Positions 30,186-40,188 of a stretch of 64,000 bases of DNA are shown in pieces (within the stretch, counting starts at the first letter, position 1; the number at the start of each line of letters is the position of its first letter). Origin of the DNA: an uncultured delta proteobacterium (lineage in GTDB: Bacteria; Desulfobacterota; Binatia; DP-6). Made by a program: the position numbers and the translations under genes. The DNA is taken from NCBI GenBank assembly GCA_963815115.1, contig CAWFFN010000007.1, forward strand, positions 32,001 to 96,000, written 5' to 3'. The notes beneath the pieces were generated by a model that saw nothing but the letters and a program-made list of their open reading frames with translations, was not told the DNA's origin and did no database searches.

Positions 30186-32078
30186 TCAATTGGCGTATCC
30201 CAGGGCCCGAAGCTTCTCGAGCAGCGCGGGGTCGCGTCCGGTGCGCGCCGGCGCCGGCGGCGCCGTGCGCACGAAGTCGTCCAGCGTGCGTTGCAGCGCC
30301 GGTCCCTCGCCCGACTCGACGGGAAGCGGCGCGTGCTCGCCCGGGTCGGTGCCGAGATCGTAGAGCTCCGCCCTCTGGCGCGCCGGGGCGTAGATGAGCT
30401 TCCAGGGGGGGCGACGCACGGCCACGAGATCGACACGCGTGCCGTTGTTGGCGAGGCCGTCGGTCTCGCAGACGGCGGGCCGCTCCGGACCCTCCGCGAG
30501 CACGCTGCGCCCCGGCCGGTCAGACGGGAGGGCGAATCCCAGGAGCTCGGCGAGAGTCGGGAAGAGGTCGATGCCCTGGACCTGATCGGTGCGCCGCCCG
30601 GGGCGGATTCCCGGCCCGGCGATCACGAGCGGCACGTGCAGCAGCTCGTCGTAGAGGTGCGCCCGGTGCAGCAGCAGGCCGTGCTCCTGGAACTCCTCGC
30701 CGTGGTCGGCGATGACGACGATCACGGTCGAGTCGCGCAGCCCGAGGCGCGCGAGCCCGCCGAGGAGCGCGGGGAGCTCCGCGTCCCAGCTGCGGATCTC
30801 GCCGTCGTAGAGGGCGCGCAGGTAGGCGATCTGGTCGGGCGGCAAGGGCGGGCCGGTGCGGGAGTCGAGCTTGCGTGACACGTCGAGCACCCAGCCCGCG
30901 GCGAGGTCGGCTCGCATGCCGGGGGGCGGCGGCGGCCGCATCGCGGGCGGCGGCGTGTAGGGATCGTGCGGCTCCATGTACTGGAGCCAGGCGACGAAGC
31001 GGTGGTCGCGGTTCGGCGCCAGCCAGGCGAGGAAGCGACGGTTCACGTCGGCGGCCGAGCTCCAGCGTCGCGTCTTCGCATCCCAGGGCAGCTCGGCGAA
31101 GGTCTCGAAGCCCTGGGCGAGGTTGGTGCCGCGCGAGACCAGCGGATTGGCGGACACGCCGACGGTCGTGATGCCGGCGCGGCTCGCCAGCTCGGCCCAC
31201 GTGACCACGTCGCCGGCGAGGTATCCCCAGGCGGCCTGGTCGTCGCCGTCACCGTCGTCGCCGATCGCCCCGTGGCTCCGGGGGTACAGACCGGTGAAGA
31301 GCGTGGAGACGGACGGGAGGGTCCACGACGACTGGGCGATGGCCTGGGCGAAGAGCAGTCCCCCGGCGGCGAGCGCGTCGAGGTTGGGGCTCGGGCTCGG
31401 GCTGGCGCCGTAGCACCCGAGGCGGTCGGCACGGAGGGTGTCGACGAGCAGCACGATCACGTTCGGCTTCTCCGCGCTCGATGCCTGGCGCGGCTGCTGC
31501 GTTTCCCGCACGAGCCGCACGTCGCCCCAGGCCGGTATCCCGGCGAGCGGCCGGCCGGGACGCTCCGCATCGGTCGCCAGCACGATCTCGGCACTTCGAC
31601 CGGCCGCGGCGCCGAGGTCGATGCGCTCGTCGAACCAGCGCCGATCCTGGCGCGTGAGGGCGGGATTCACGGTGCGGGACCAGACCTCGCGGCCGTCGAG
31701 CGTCACCCGGAAGCGCACCCCGCTGCGCTGTCGGTCGTGCCGTCCGTCGCCCTGGACGCCGACGCCGAAGCGCAGCACGCCGTCCGGCGGAACGTCGAGC
31801 GTGAAGCGTACGCGCGCCGGTGGCGGGGCGATCAGGCTGGGGCGTTCCCCCTCGCCGGCGAGCCGGTTGCCCGGCCGGATCTCGCCGTTGCGCACCGGAT
31901 CCCCGTCCGCGCTGGCCACGACGGTGGCGCCGTCGAGGCTCCGGGAGAGATCCGCGATCGGGTCGTCGATGGCGATGGTCGGCGGCAACGCGTCGGCGCG
32001 TGTGCGCGTCATCACCCAGGTGCCGGCGCCGGCGATTGCGAGGACGGCCGCCACCGCGACGAGTCGGCGCGCCGTCAG
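30186..32078 (-). CDS. Second sulfatase-like hydrolase/transferase (paralog of 25619..27484)
   Basis: N-terminal TM; PNVIVLLVDTLRADRLG, QSSWTLPS, YMEPHDPY, ADHGEEF, LRALGY. Start placed at a CTG after GGAGG (uncertain). Confidence 0.88.
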   Translation of the reverse strand: MTARRLVAVAAVLAIAGAGTWVMTRTRADALPPTIAIDDPIADLSRSLDGATVVASADGDPVRNGEIRPGNRLAGEGERPSLIAPPPARVRFTLDVPPDGVLRFGVGVQGDGRHDRQRSGVRFRVTLDGREVWSRTVNPALTRQDRRWFDERIDLGAAAGRSAEIVLATDAERPGRPLAGIPAWGDVRLVRETQQPRQASSAEKPNVIVLLVDTLRADRLGCYGASPSPSPNLDALAAGGLLFAQAIAQSSWTLPSVSTLFTGLYPRSHGAIGDDGDGDDQAAWGYLAGDVVTWAELASRAGITTVGVSANPLVSRGTNLAQGFETFAELPWDAKTRRWSSAADVNRRFLAWLAPNRDHRFVAWLQYMEPHDPYTPPPAMRPPPPPGMRADLAAGWVLDVSRKLDSRTGPPLPPDQIAYLRALYDGEIRSWDAELPALLGGLARLGLRDSTVIVVIADHGEEFQEHGLLLHRAHLYDELLHVPLVIAGPGIRPGRRTDQVQGIDLFPTLAELLGFALPSDRPGRSVLAEGPERPAVCETDGLANNGTRVDLVAVRRPPWKLIYAPARQRAELYDLGTDPGEHAPLPVESGEGPALQRTLDDFVRTAPPAPARTGRDPALLEKLRALGYAN

Positions 32079-32195
32079 ATCGGTAGCCTCCGGCGGCGGC
32101 GCCGTCGCATGCGACGCGCATGATATCGTGCGCTCGCCGGCACGGGCAACGTCGCACGTGCGCGCCCACGTGCCACATGGTAAGCGAGGAGCTGC

Positions 32196-33663
32196 ATGGG
32201 GCAGCAACGGATCCATCCGGTGGTGCTCTGCGGCGGGTCGGGAACGCGCCTCTGGCCGCTGTCGCGCGCGCTGTATCCGAAGCAGCTCCTCGCCCTGGCC
32301 TCCGAGCGAACGCTCCTCCAGGACACCCTTCTCCGCACCGCGGACGCCGGAGCGCTTCGCCGCTCCGATCGTGGTGGGGAACGAGGAGCATCGCTTCATC
32401 CTGGCCGAGCAGCTGCGCGAGCTGGCCGTCGAGCCGGCGGTGCTCATCGTCGAGCCGGTGGGGCGGAACACCGCGCCCGCGGCGGCGGTGGCCGCGCTGC
32501 TGCTCTCCCGCGAGCACCCCGACGCGCACATGCTGGTGATGCCGGCCGACCACGTGATCGGTGACCTGCACGCCTTTCACGACGCGCTCGACGCCGCGCT
32601 CCGGGCCAGCGAGGCGGGACACCTCGTCACCTTCGGCATCACGCCCACTCGACCGCACGCCGGCTATGGCTACATCCAGCGCGGCGCGGCGCTCCCGACG
32701 CTGCCTCGTTGCCACGCGGTGGCGCGATTCGTCGAGAAGCCGGACGCGGCGACGGCCGCGGCGTGGGTCGCCAGCGGAGCCTATCTGTGGAACAGCGGCA
32801 TCTTCCTGTTCCCGGCCGCCCGCTATCTCGCCGAGCTCGAGCGGCACGAGCCCGCCATCGTCGCGGCTGCGCGCCAGGCGCTCGCCGGCGCCGAGCACGA
32901 CCTCTCGTTTCTCCGGCTCGATGCCGGGGCCTTCGCCGCGTCGCCGGCGAACTCGATCGACTACGCGGTCATGGAGCGCGCCGGCGACGCGGTGGTGGTG
33001 CCCGTCGACATGGGCTGGAGCGACGTGGGCTCGTGGGCGGCGCTGTGGGCGGTGAGCAGCAAGGACGCGGCCGGCAACGCCACCCACGGCGACGTCATCG
33101 CGGTCGACGTCGCGGATTCGTTCCTGCGCAGCGACGGGCCGGCGATCGCGGCGGTCGGGCTGCGTGACGTCGTCCTGGTCGCGACCAAGGACGCCGTGCT
33201 CGCCGTCCATCGTGACCGGACCGAGGACGTGCGCGAGGTCGTCGAGCGGCTGCGGAGCGAAGGCCGTGTCGAGCACGTCTCGCACCGCGTGGTCTACCGT
33301 CCCTGGGGCTCGTACGAGACGACCGATCAGGGCCCCGGCTTCCGCGTGAAGCGCCTGGTCGTGAGCCCCGGGCAGAAGCTGTCGCTCCAGATGCATCATC
33401 ATCGCGCCGAGCACTGGGTGGTCGTGCAGGGTACGGCGCTGGTGGAGCGCGACGGTCAGACCATCGTTCTCGGCGAGAACGAGTCGACCTACATCTCGAG
33501 CGGCACGCCGCACCGGCTGGAGAACCCGGGACTGATCCCGCTCCACCTGGTCGAGGTGCAGACCGGGACGTATCTCGAGGAGGACGACATCGTGCGCCTC
33601 GACGACGACTATGGGCGGCCGACCCGAGACTCCGTCTCGGGTCGGGGCGGAGAGCGGGAATGA
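32196..33663 (+). CDS. manC: Mannose-1-phosphate guanylyltransferase/mannose-6-phosphate isomerase, apparent frameshift near 32340
   Basis: PVVLCGGSGTRLWPLSRALYPKQ, then EPVGRNTAPA, WNSGIF, SIDYAVME, WSDVGSW, RPWG, LSLQMHHHRAEHW. Confidence 0.93.
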
Positions 33664-33913
33664 AGCTCGATGAACAGTGCAGGCGTCGTGCCGCCGGCGG
33701 CGGAGCCGCCGCGGCAGACGTGTCGGGGCACGATCCCGGCGCCGAAACGGCGTGCGTGCGGGTGGCGCAGGACGGCTTGGGCCGGAGCCTCGGGGGCGCG
33801 ACGTCTTGCCGCGCCGGCTTCGCCGGCCGCGGCACGGCGTTCACAAGCGCCACCGGACGCCACACACTCGCCTCCGCTTTCGACCCGAGACGGAGTCTCG
33901 GGTCGCGCTCCTA
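33619..33913. mobile_element. REPIN/MITE-like element, copy 1
   Basis: Hairpins CCGACCCGAGAC-TCC-GTCTCGGGTCGG (33619-33645) and CGACCCGAGAC-GGA-GTCTCGGGTCG (33881-33905) in inverted orientation. Interior is homologous to copies 2 and 3. Confidence 0.8.
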
Positions 33914-34912
33914 GTGGGGCCCGCCGAGCAGATCGTCGACTGGCTCCGGGAGACGCCGGAGCCCCTATCGGGCCAGGAGCTGGCGCGGCGGCTCGGCTGC
34001 TCCCGCGCGGCGGTCTGGAAGCACATCGCGGCCCTGCGCCAGGCGGGCTACGACATCCGCGGCCGGCGCTCGTCCGGCTACCTCCTCGCCGCGGTGCCGG
34101 ATCGGCTCGGATCGGCCGAGCTGGCGCCGCACCTGCGCGGCTCGTGGCGGCGGGTCGAGTGGCGCGCGGTGCTCGACTCGACGCAGAACCTGGCGCGCGA
34201 TCTCGCGCGGCGCGGGGCGCCCGAGGGAACGGTCGTCATCGCGGAGAGCCAGACGGCCGGTCGCGGGCGGCTGGGTCGCCAGTGGCACTCGCCCCCGGGG
34301 TGCAACCTCTACTGCTCGATCGTGCTCCGGCCGCCGCTCGCGCCCGCGGCCGTGCCCGCGCTCGCGCTGGTGGTGGGTCTCGCGGTGGCGGACGCGGTCC
34401 GGGCGGTAGCGGGGACCGGTGCCACCCTCAAGTGGCCCAACGACGTCCTGCTCGCGGGACGCAAGGTCGCCGGCATTCTCACCGAGCTCGACGCCGAGGT
34501 GGAGCGCGTGCACCACGTGATCCTGGGTATCGGGGTGAACGTGAACACCGACGACTTCCCGGCGGAGCTGGCCGCGAAGGCCACCTCGCTTCGCCTCGCC
34601 GCCGGCCGCCCGGTGGATCGTGCCCTCTTCACCGCCGGGTTGCTCGCCGCGCTCGAGGCACGTTATAGGCGCTTTCTCGCGGACGGGTTCGCTGCGATGC
34701 GGTCGGAGTGGGAGGCCTGTGCTGCTCTGACCGGGAAGGAGGTGCGGGTGACCGCACCCGAGGGCGAGGTGGCCGGTCGGGTTCTCGGCGTCGACGACGA
34801 TGGCGCGCTGCGGCTTGCCGGTCCGCGCGGCGAGTTGCGAGTCATCGCCGGAGAAATTCGGCCCGAGACTGCGTCTCGGGTCGAGACGGACGGCGAGAAT
34901 GAGGCTCGGTGA
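33914..34912 (+). CDS. birA: Bifunctional biotin ligase/repressor BirA
   Basis: HTH LSGQELARRLGCSRAAVWKHI, DSTQ, AESQTAGRGRLGRQW, LKWPND, KVAGIL. GTG start immediately after repeat copy 1. Confidence 0.93.
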   Translation: MGPAEQIVDWLRETPEPLSGQELARRLGCSRAAVWKHIAALRQAGYDIRGRRSSGYLLAAVPDRLGSAELAPHLRGSWRRVEWRAVLDSTQNLARDLARRGAPEGTVVIAESQTAGRGRLGRQWHSPPGCNLYCSIVLRPPLAPAAVPALALVVGLAVADAVRAVAGTGATLKWPNDVLLAGRKVAGILTELDAEVERVHHVILGIGVNVNTDDFPAELAAKATSLRLAAGRPVDRALFTAGLLAALEARYRRFLADGFAAMRSEWEACAALTGKEVRVTAPEGEVAGRVLGVDDDGALRLAGPRGELRVIAGEIRPETASRVETDGENEAR

Positions 34913-35115
34913 TCAGTGCGAACGTCGTGCCGCGGCCGGCAGAGCCGGCGCGGCAAACGTTCCGGAGCACGGGCCCGTCGCTCGGACGCCATCCTTCCAA
35001 CCGCTACAGGTCGCCGGCCGCGGCCAGCGCCGCGGCCGCGGCACGGCCTCCGCAGGACCCACCGAACGTCACACCCTCGCGTCTCGTCCCGACCCGAGAC
35101 GCAGTCTCGGGTCGG
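34859..35115. mobile_element. REPIN/MITE-like element, copy 2
   Basis: Hairpins at 34859-34883 (loop TGC) and 35089-35115 (loop GCA). Confidence 0.8.
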
Positions 35116-35123
35116 ATTGATCG

Positions 35124-35892
<769 letters not shown>

Positions 35893-35903
<11 letters not shown>

Positions 35904-37986
35904 GGAGGTCGCGAGACTACGAAACGTCGCCATCGTCGGGCAGGGCGGCACCGGCAAGACGAGCGTCGCCGACGCGCTGCTGTTCGCGGCCGGCGCAGTC
36001 ACCCGCATGGGTCGCGTCGACGACGGCTCGTCGGCCTTCGACGCCGAGGCCGAGGAGCAGCGCCGCAAGAGCACCATCGCGGCCGCGCTCCATCACGTCG
36101 CCTGGCGGAAGCACGAGGTGAACCTGATCGACACGCCGGGCTACTCCGCCTTCCTCCACGACACGCGCAACTGCCTCGTTGCGGCCACGGGTGCGGTACT
36201 GGTCCTCGGCCCGACCGGCGGCGAGGTGAAGGTGGAGACCGAGAAGGTGTGGGGCTGGTGCCGGGAGCTCGGCATCCCGGTGATCGGCTTCGTCAGCCGG
36301 CTCGACCGCGAGCGTGCCAGCGTCGCGAACGCGCTCGACGACCTGAAGCTGCTCGGCGTCACGCCCGCGGTCCTCCAGATCCCGATCGGAACGGAGGCCG
36401 AGTTCCGCGGTGTGGTCGACGTGCTGCGGCAGCGGGCGTTCCTCTACCAGGGCGACTCGGGCACGATGAAGGAGGAAGCCGTGCCCGCCGCGCTCGCCGA
36501 CGAGGTGGCCGCGGCGCGCGAGCGGCTCGTCGAGGTCATCGCCGAGGCGAACGACGAGCTCCTCGAGCGCTACCTCGACGGCACGGAGCTGTCGGCGGAC
36601 GAGCTGGCGGCGGGGCTGCGCGAGGGCACGCGGGCGGGCAAGTTCCTGCCGGTGCTGTGCGGCGCCGGGGCCAAGGGCATCGGCCTCCATCCGCTGCTCG
36701 ACGCCATCGTCGAGCTGCTGCCGTCGCCCGCGGACCTGCCACCGTGGGAAGGAGACGATCCGCGCACCGGCGAGCGCGTGCAGCGTGCGGCCGACTCGTC
36801 GGCGCCGTTCTCGGCCTTCGTGTTCAAGACCATCGTCGATCCGTTCGCCGGCAAGCTGACGGTGCTGCGCATCGTCTCGGGGCACGCGCGCGGGGACCTG
36901 AACGTGATCAACTCGTACCGCGACGGAAAGGAGCGCCTGGGGCACCTCCTGCGGCTGGAGGGCAAGAAGCAGGTGCAGATCCCGCAGGCCGTGGCCGGCG
37001 ACGTCATCGCGCTCGCGAAGCTGAAGGACACCCACTCGGGTGACACGCTGAGCGACGAACGCCAGGCGGTGGTCTATCCGCCGCTCCCGGACACGCCCGC
37101 GGTCATCTCCTTCGCGCTCCAGCCGAAGAGCAAGGCGGACGACGACAAGGTGATGCAGGCCCTCCATCGCCTGATGGAGGAGGACACCGCCCTGCGCGTC
37201 CACCGCGACGAGCAGACGAAGGAGTTCGTCATCTCGGGCGCCGGCCAGCTGCACGTCGAGGTGGCGGTGGAGCGCCTGCGGCGCAAGTTCGGCGTCGAGG
37301 TCGAGTTGAAGGCGCCCAAGGTGCCCTACAAGGAGACCATCAAGGGCAGCGCGGAGGCGCAGGGCAAGCACAAGCGCCAGACGGGCGGCCACGGACAGTA
37401 CGGCGACTGCTGGATCGAGCTGTCGCCGCTGCCGCGCGGCCAGGGCTTCGAGTTCGAGGACGACATCGTGGGCGGTGCCATCCCGCGCCAGTTCATCCCC
37501 GCGGTCGAGAAGGGCGTGCGCGAGCTCCTGCCCCAGGGAATCCTCGCCGGGTATCCCATCGTGGACGTCAAGGTCCGGCTCTACGACGGCTCCGCCCACG
37601 ACGTCGACTCCTCGGAGATGGCGTTCAAGATCGCCGCCTCGCTCGGCTTCAAGAAGGCGTTCGAGGAGTGCAAGCCGGTGCTGCTCGAGCCCGTCGTGAC
37701 GCTCACCGTGACGGTGCCGGACGAGTTCATGGGCGACATCATCGGGGACCTCAACAGCCGCCGCGGCAAGGTGCTCGGCGCCGAGCCCAAGGGCAGCGGC
37801 CAGCAGGTCATCCGCGCCCACGTGCCGATGGCCGAGGTGCTGCGCTACGCGCCCGACCTGCGCTCGATGACGCAGGGGCGCGGCGACTTCGAGATGGAGC
37901 TGGCGCGCTACGAGGAGGTCCCGGGCCACATCGCGGAGCGCATCATCAAGGAAGCGCAGGCGGCGCGGGCCGAGAAGCACGCCTGA
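35893..37986 (+). CDS. fusA: Elongation factor G-like protein (EF-G2)
   Basis: Full EF-G architecture (NLIDTPG, GKHKRQTGGHGQYG, HDVDSSEMAFK, GDLNSRRG). Divergent G1 (GQGGTGKTS) and G4 (SRLD) mark the secondary paralog. Confidence 0.9.
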
Positions 37987-38034
37987 GCGGCGGCGGCGTT
38001 GCCTGCCGCCGCGATGCGAGATAACAGCGGGCGA

Positions 38035-39000
38035 GTGGCGCTGCCGTACGGCTTGCTCAGCCGGCTGCATCAGGTCCGGTCGCGCGTCGCACCCGCGCTC
38101 CGGCACGCGGTGTACGGCGGCCGTCCGAGCTGGACGCGCGAGCCGAACACGCTCCCCTGGTTCGACCAGCCGGATGCTCTCGAGCGCATCCACGGTGACG
38201 ATGCGGACCTGCTGCGCGCCTGGGTGCGCGACGGCTACGTCGTCGTCGACGATCTCGTCGACCCGGCCGACATCGACGCCATGGTGGCGACGCTCGACGG
38301 CCTGTGGGACGGCGCGGCGCCCGTGCCCCACCTGGTGCTGCTCGACCTGCGCGACGACGCCGACGCGCCCGCGCGCAACGTCGCGCACGCCGAGCTCGTG
38401 CGGTGGGACCGCGAGCGGCGCGCCCGGGCGCGGGCGGCGTCCGACTGGCGCATCCACGGCTTCCACTACGTGAATCCTCCCGCCCGCCGCATCTTCCACA
38501 ATGGTCGCCTCGGCGCGCTCGCGAGCAGGCTCTTCGGCCGCCGGGCCCGGCCCTTCGCCGCCATCAACTTCATGAAAGGCAGCCGCCAGCACCTCCATCA
38601 GGACATGGGGGTGTTCCACATCTACCCGCACAATTACCTGATCGGTGCCTGGATCGCGTGCGAGGACGTGGCGCCCGACAGCGGTCCGCTCGTCATCCAT
38701 CCCGGCTCGCACCGGGCGCCGTTCTTCCCCGGCTTCGCCGACTATCCCCAGACCAACCTGCGCACGGCCGACGATGCGCTCGCGCAGGCCTACGAGGCCT
38801 ACGTCGGCGAGGTCGCGTCGCGCTACCCGCGCGAGGAGTTCCGCGCGCGCAAGGGCCAGGTGCTGTTCTGGCACGGCATGCTCGTGCACGGGGGCGCGCC
38901 GGTCCTCCGGCCGGGATCGACGCGCAAGTCGATGGTGTTGCACTACACCGTCCGCGGCGCCGATCGGGCGAAGGAGATCCGGGGGCCGGTGCGCTGGTAG
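38035..39000 (+). CDS. Phytanoyl-CoA dioxygenase (PhyH) family Fe(II)/2OG oxygenase
   Basis: GSRQHLHQD (HxD), WIACED, SGPLVIHPGSH, VLFWHGMLVHGG. Start may be 38014. Confidence 0.88.
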   Translation: MALPYGLLSRLHQVRSRVAPALRHAVYGGRPSWTREPNTLPWFDQPDALERIHGDDADLLRAWVRDGYVVVDDLVDPADIDAMVATLDGLWDGAAPVPHLVLLDLRDDADAPARNVAHAELVRWDRERRARARAASDWRIHGFHYVNPPARRIFHNGRLGALASRLFGRRARPFAAINFMKGSRQHLHQDMGVFHIYPHNYLIGAWIACEDVAPDSGPLVIHPGSHRAPFFPGFADYPQTNLRTADDALAQAYEAYVGEVASRYPREEFRARKGQVLFWHGMLVHGGAPVLRPGSTRKSMVLHYTVRGADRAKEIRGPVRW

Positions 39001-39020
39001 CGGCCGTGACGCCGCGCGAC

Positions 39021-40019
39021 TCAGATCGGCAGCCGGCGCAGGACGCGTTCCGCGACGCGCGGCAGGAGGAGCGCGGCGAGGGCGCCGAGAGCCGGTCGGG
39101 CGAGCGCCGTCGCAGGCGAGTCGCGCAGGGCGCCGAGGACGAGCGGTACCGCCGCGCCGCGATCGGCGCTGGCGACCGCGCCGGCGAGATACCAGCGCAG
39201 GCGGGCCCGGGCGGCAGCGGGCGCCAGGCGCGCGGCCGCTTCCGTGCCGGGCTCGGCGTAGCGCCGCTCGATCACGGCGAGGCCGCTGCGCAGGAGAGCG
39301 TCGGCGCCGGTGTTGCCCTCGTGGCGGCGGTAGAGCGTCAGCTCCTCGTCCACGACGGTCACCCGATGGCGTCGTGCGATGCGCAGCCAGAGGTCCCAGT
39401 CCTCGCAGCCGTAGACGGGCAGGGTGTCGTCGAAGCCGCCGACCTCGACGAGGGAGCGGCGCCGTACCACGACGGATGCGAGGATCATGAAGTTGCCACG
39501 CATGAGCGCGGGGAAGACGTCGCCGGCGATCGGGTGCGGCGGCTTGCGGACGGGCAGGGGCGTGTCGGCGGCGTCGACGAAGCGGGCGATGGTGTAGCAC
39601 AGGGCGGCGTCGGGCTCGGCGGCCAGCGCCGCCAGCTGGCGCTCGAGCTTCTCGGGCAGCCAGCGGTCGTCGGCGTCGAGGAAGGCGATCAGCCGGCCGC
39701 GCGCTGCCGCGAGGCCGCGGTTCCGGGCCGCGGAGCGCTCGAGGCGGCGGCCAGGGAGGTAGCGGATGCGCTCGTCGTCGGCGTGGCGCTGGACCACGGC
39801 GCGGGTGTCGTCGGTCGAGCCGTCGTCGACCACGAGGAGCTCCCATTCGGAGACCGTCTGCTGGCGAACGCTCGCAATCGCCCCGTCGAGCCAGCACGCG
39901 TGGTCGTGGGTGGCGAGCACGATGCTGACGGCGGGCACGGCGTCTCCGACGCGTGGGGCGGCGCCCGTGGCGGACCTGGAACCATGCGGAGTGGAGGCGG
40001 CAGACACGGGGCGCTCCAT
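39021..40019 (-). CDS. Glycosyltransferase family 2
   Basis: [43 protein letters not shown]. Confidence 0.92.
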   Translation of the reverse strand: MERPVSAASTPHGSRSATGAAPRVGDAVPAVSIVLATHDHACWLDGAIASVRQQTVSEWELLVVDDGSTDDTRAVVQRHADDERIRYLPGRRLERSAARNRGLAAARGRLIAFLDADDRWLPEKLERQLAALAAEPDAALCYTIARFVDAADTPLPVRKPPHPIAGDVFPALMRGNFMILASVVVRRRSLVEVGGFDDTLPVYGCEDWDLWLRIARRHRVTVVDEELTLYRRHEGNTGADALLRSGLAVIERRYAEPGTEAAARLAPAAARARLRWYLAGAVASADRGAAVPLVLGALRDSPATALARPALGALAALLLPRVAERVLRRLPI

Positions 40020-40188
40020 CGTCCGCGAGCAGCGTTAGCCGATGGGTTCCGGGAGGGCAAACCACACGGTCGTGGCATGACATCCCGCCGGGTGGCGTGC
40101 CCTTGACGACCCACGGGCCGGCAGCGTACCTGACCAGGAGAGGAACGGAGCGGTTGGCCGTGCGCGCGGGCCTCGCCCGTGCCCGGCG

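Noticed and set aside
33610-33611. TA target duplication at the left end of repeat copy 1
   Set aside because: This TA belongs to the conserved manC DDYGR codons, so it is not independent evidence.
33619-35115. Palindromic repeats as a CRISPR array
   Set aside because: The repeats are inverted pairs >200 bp apart with homologous interiors. There are no unique ~30-40 bp spacers and no cas genes.
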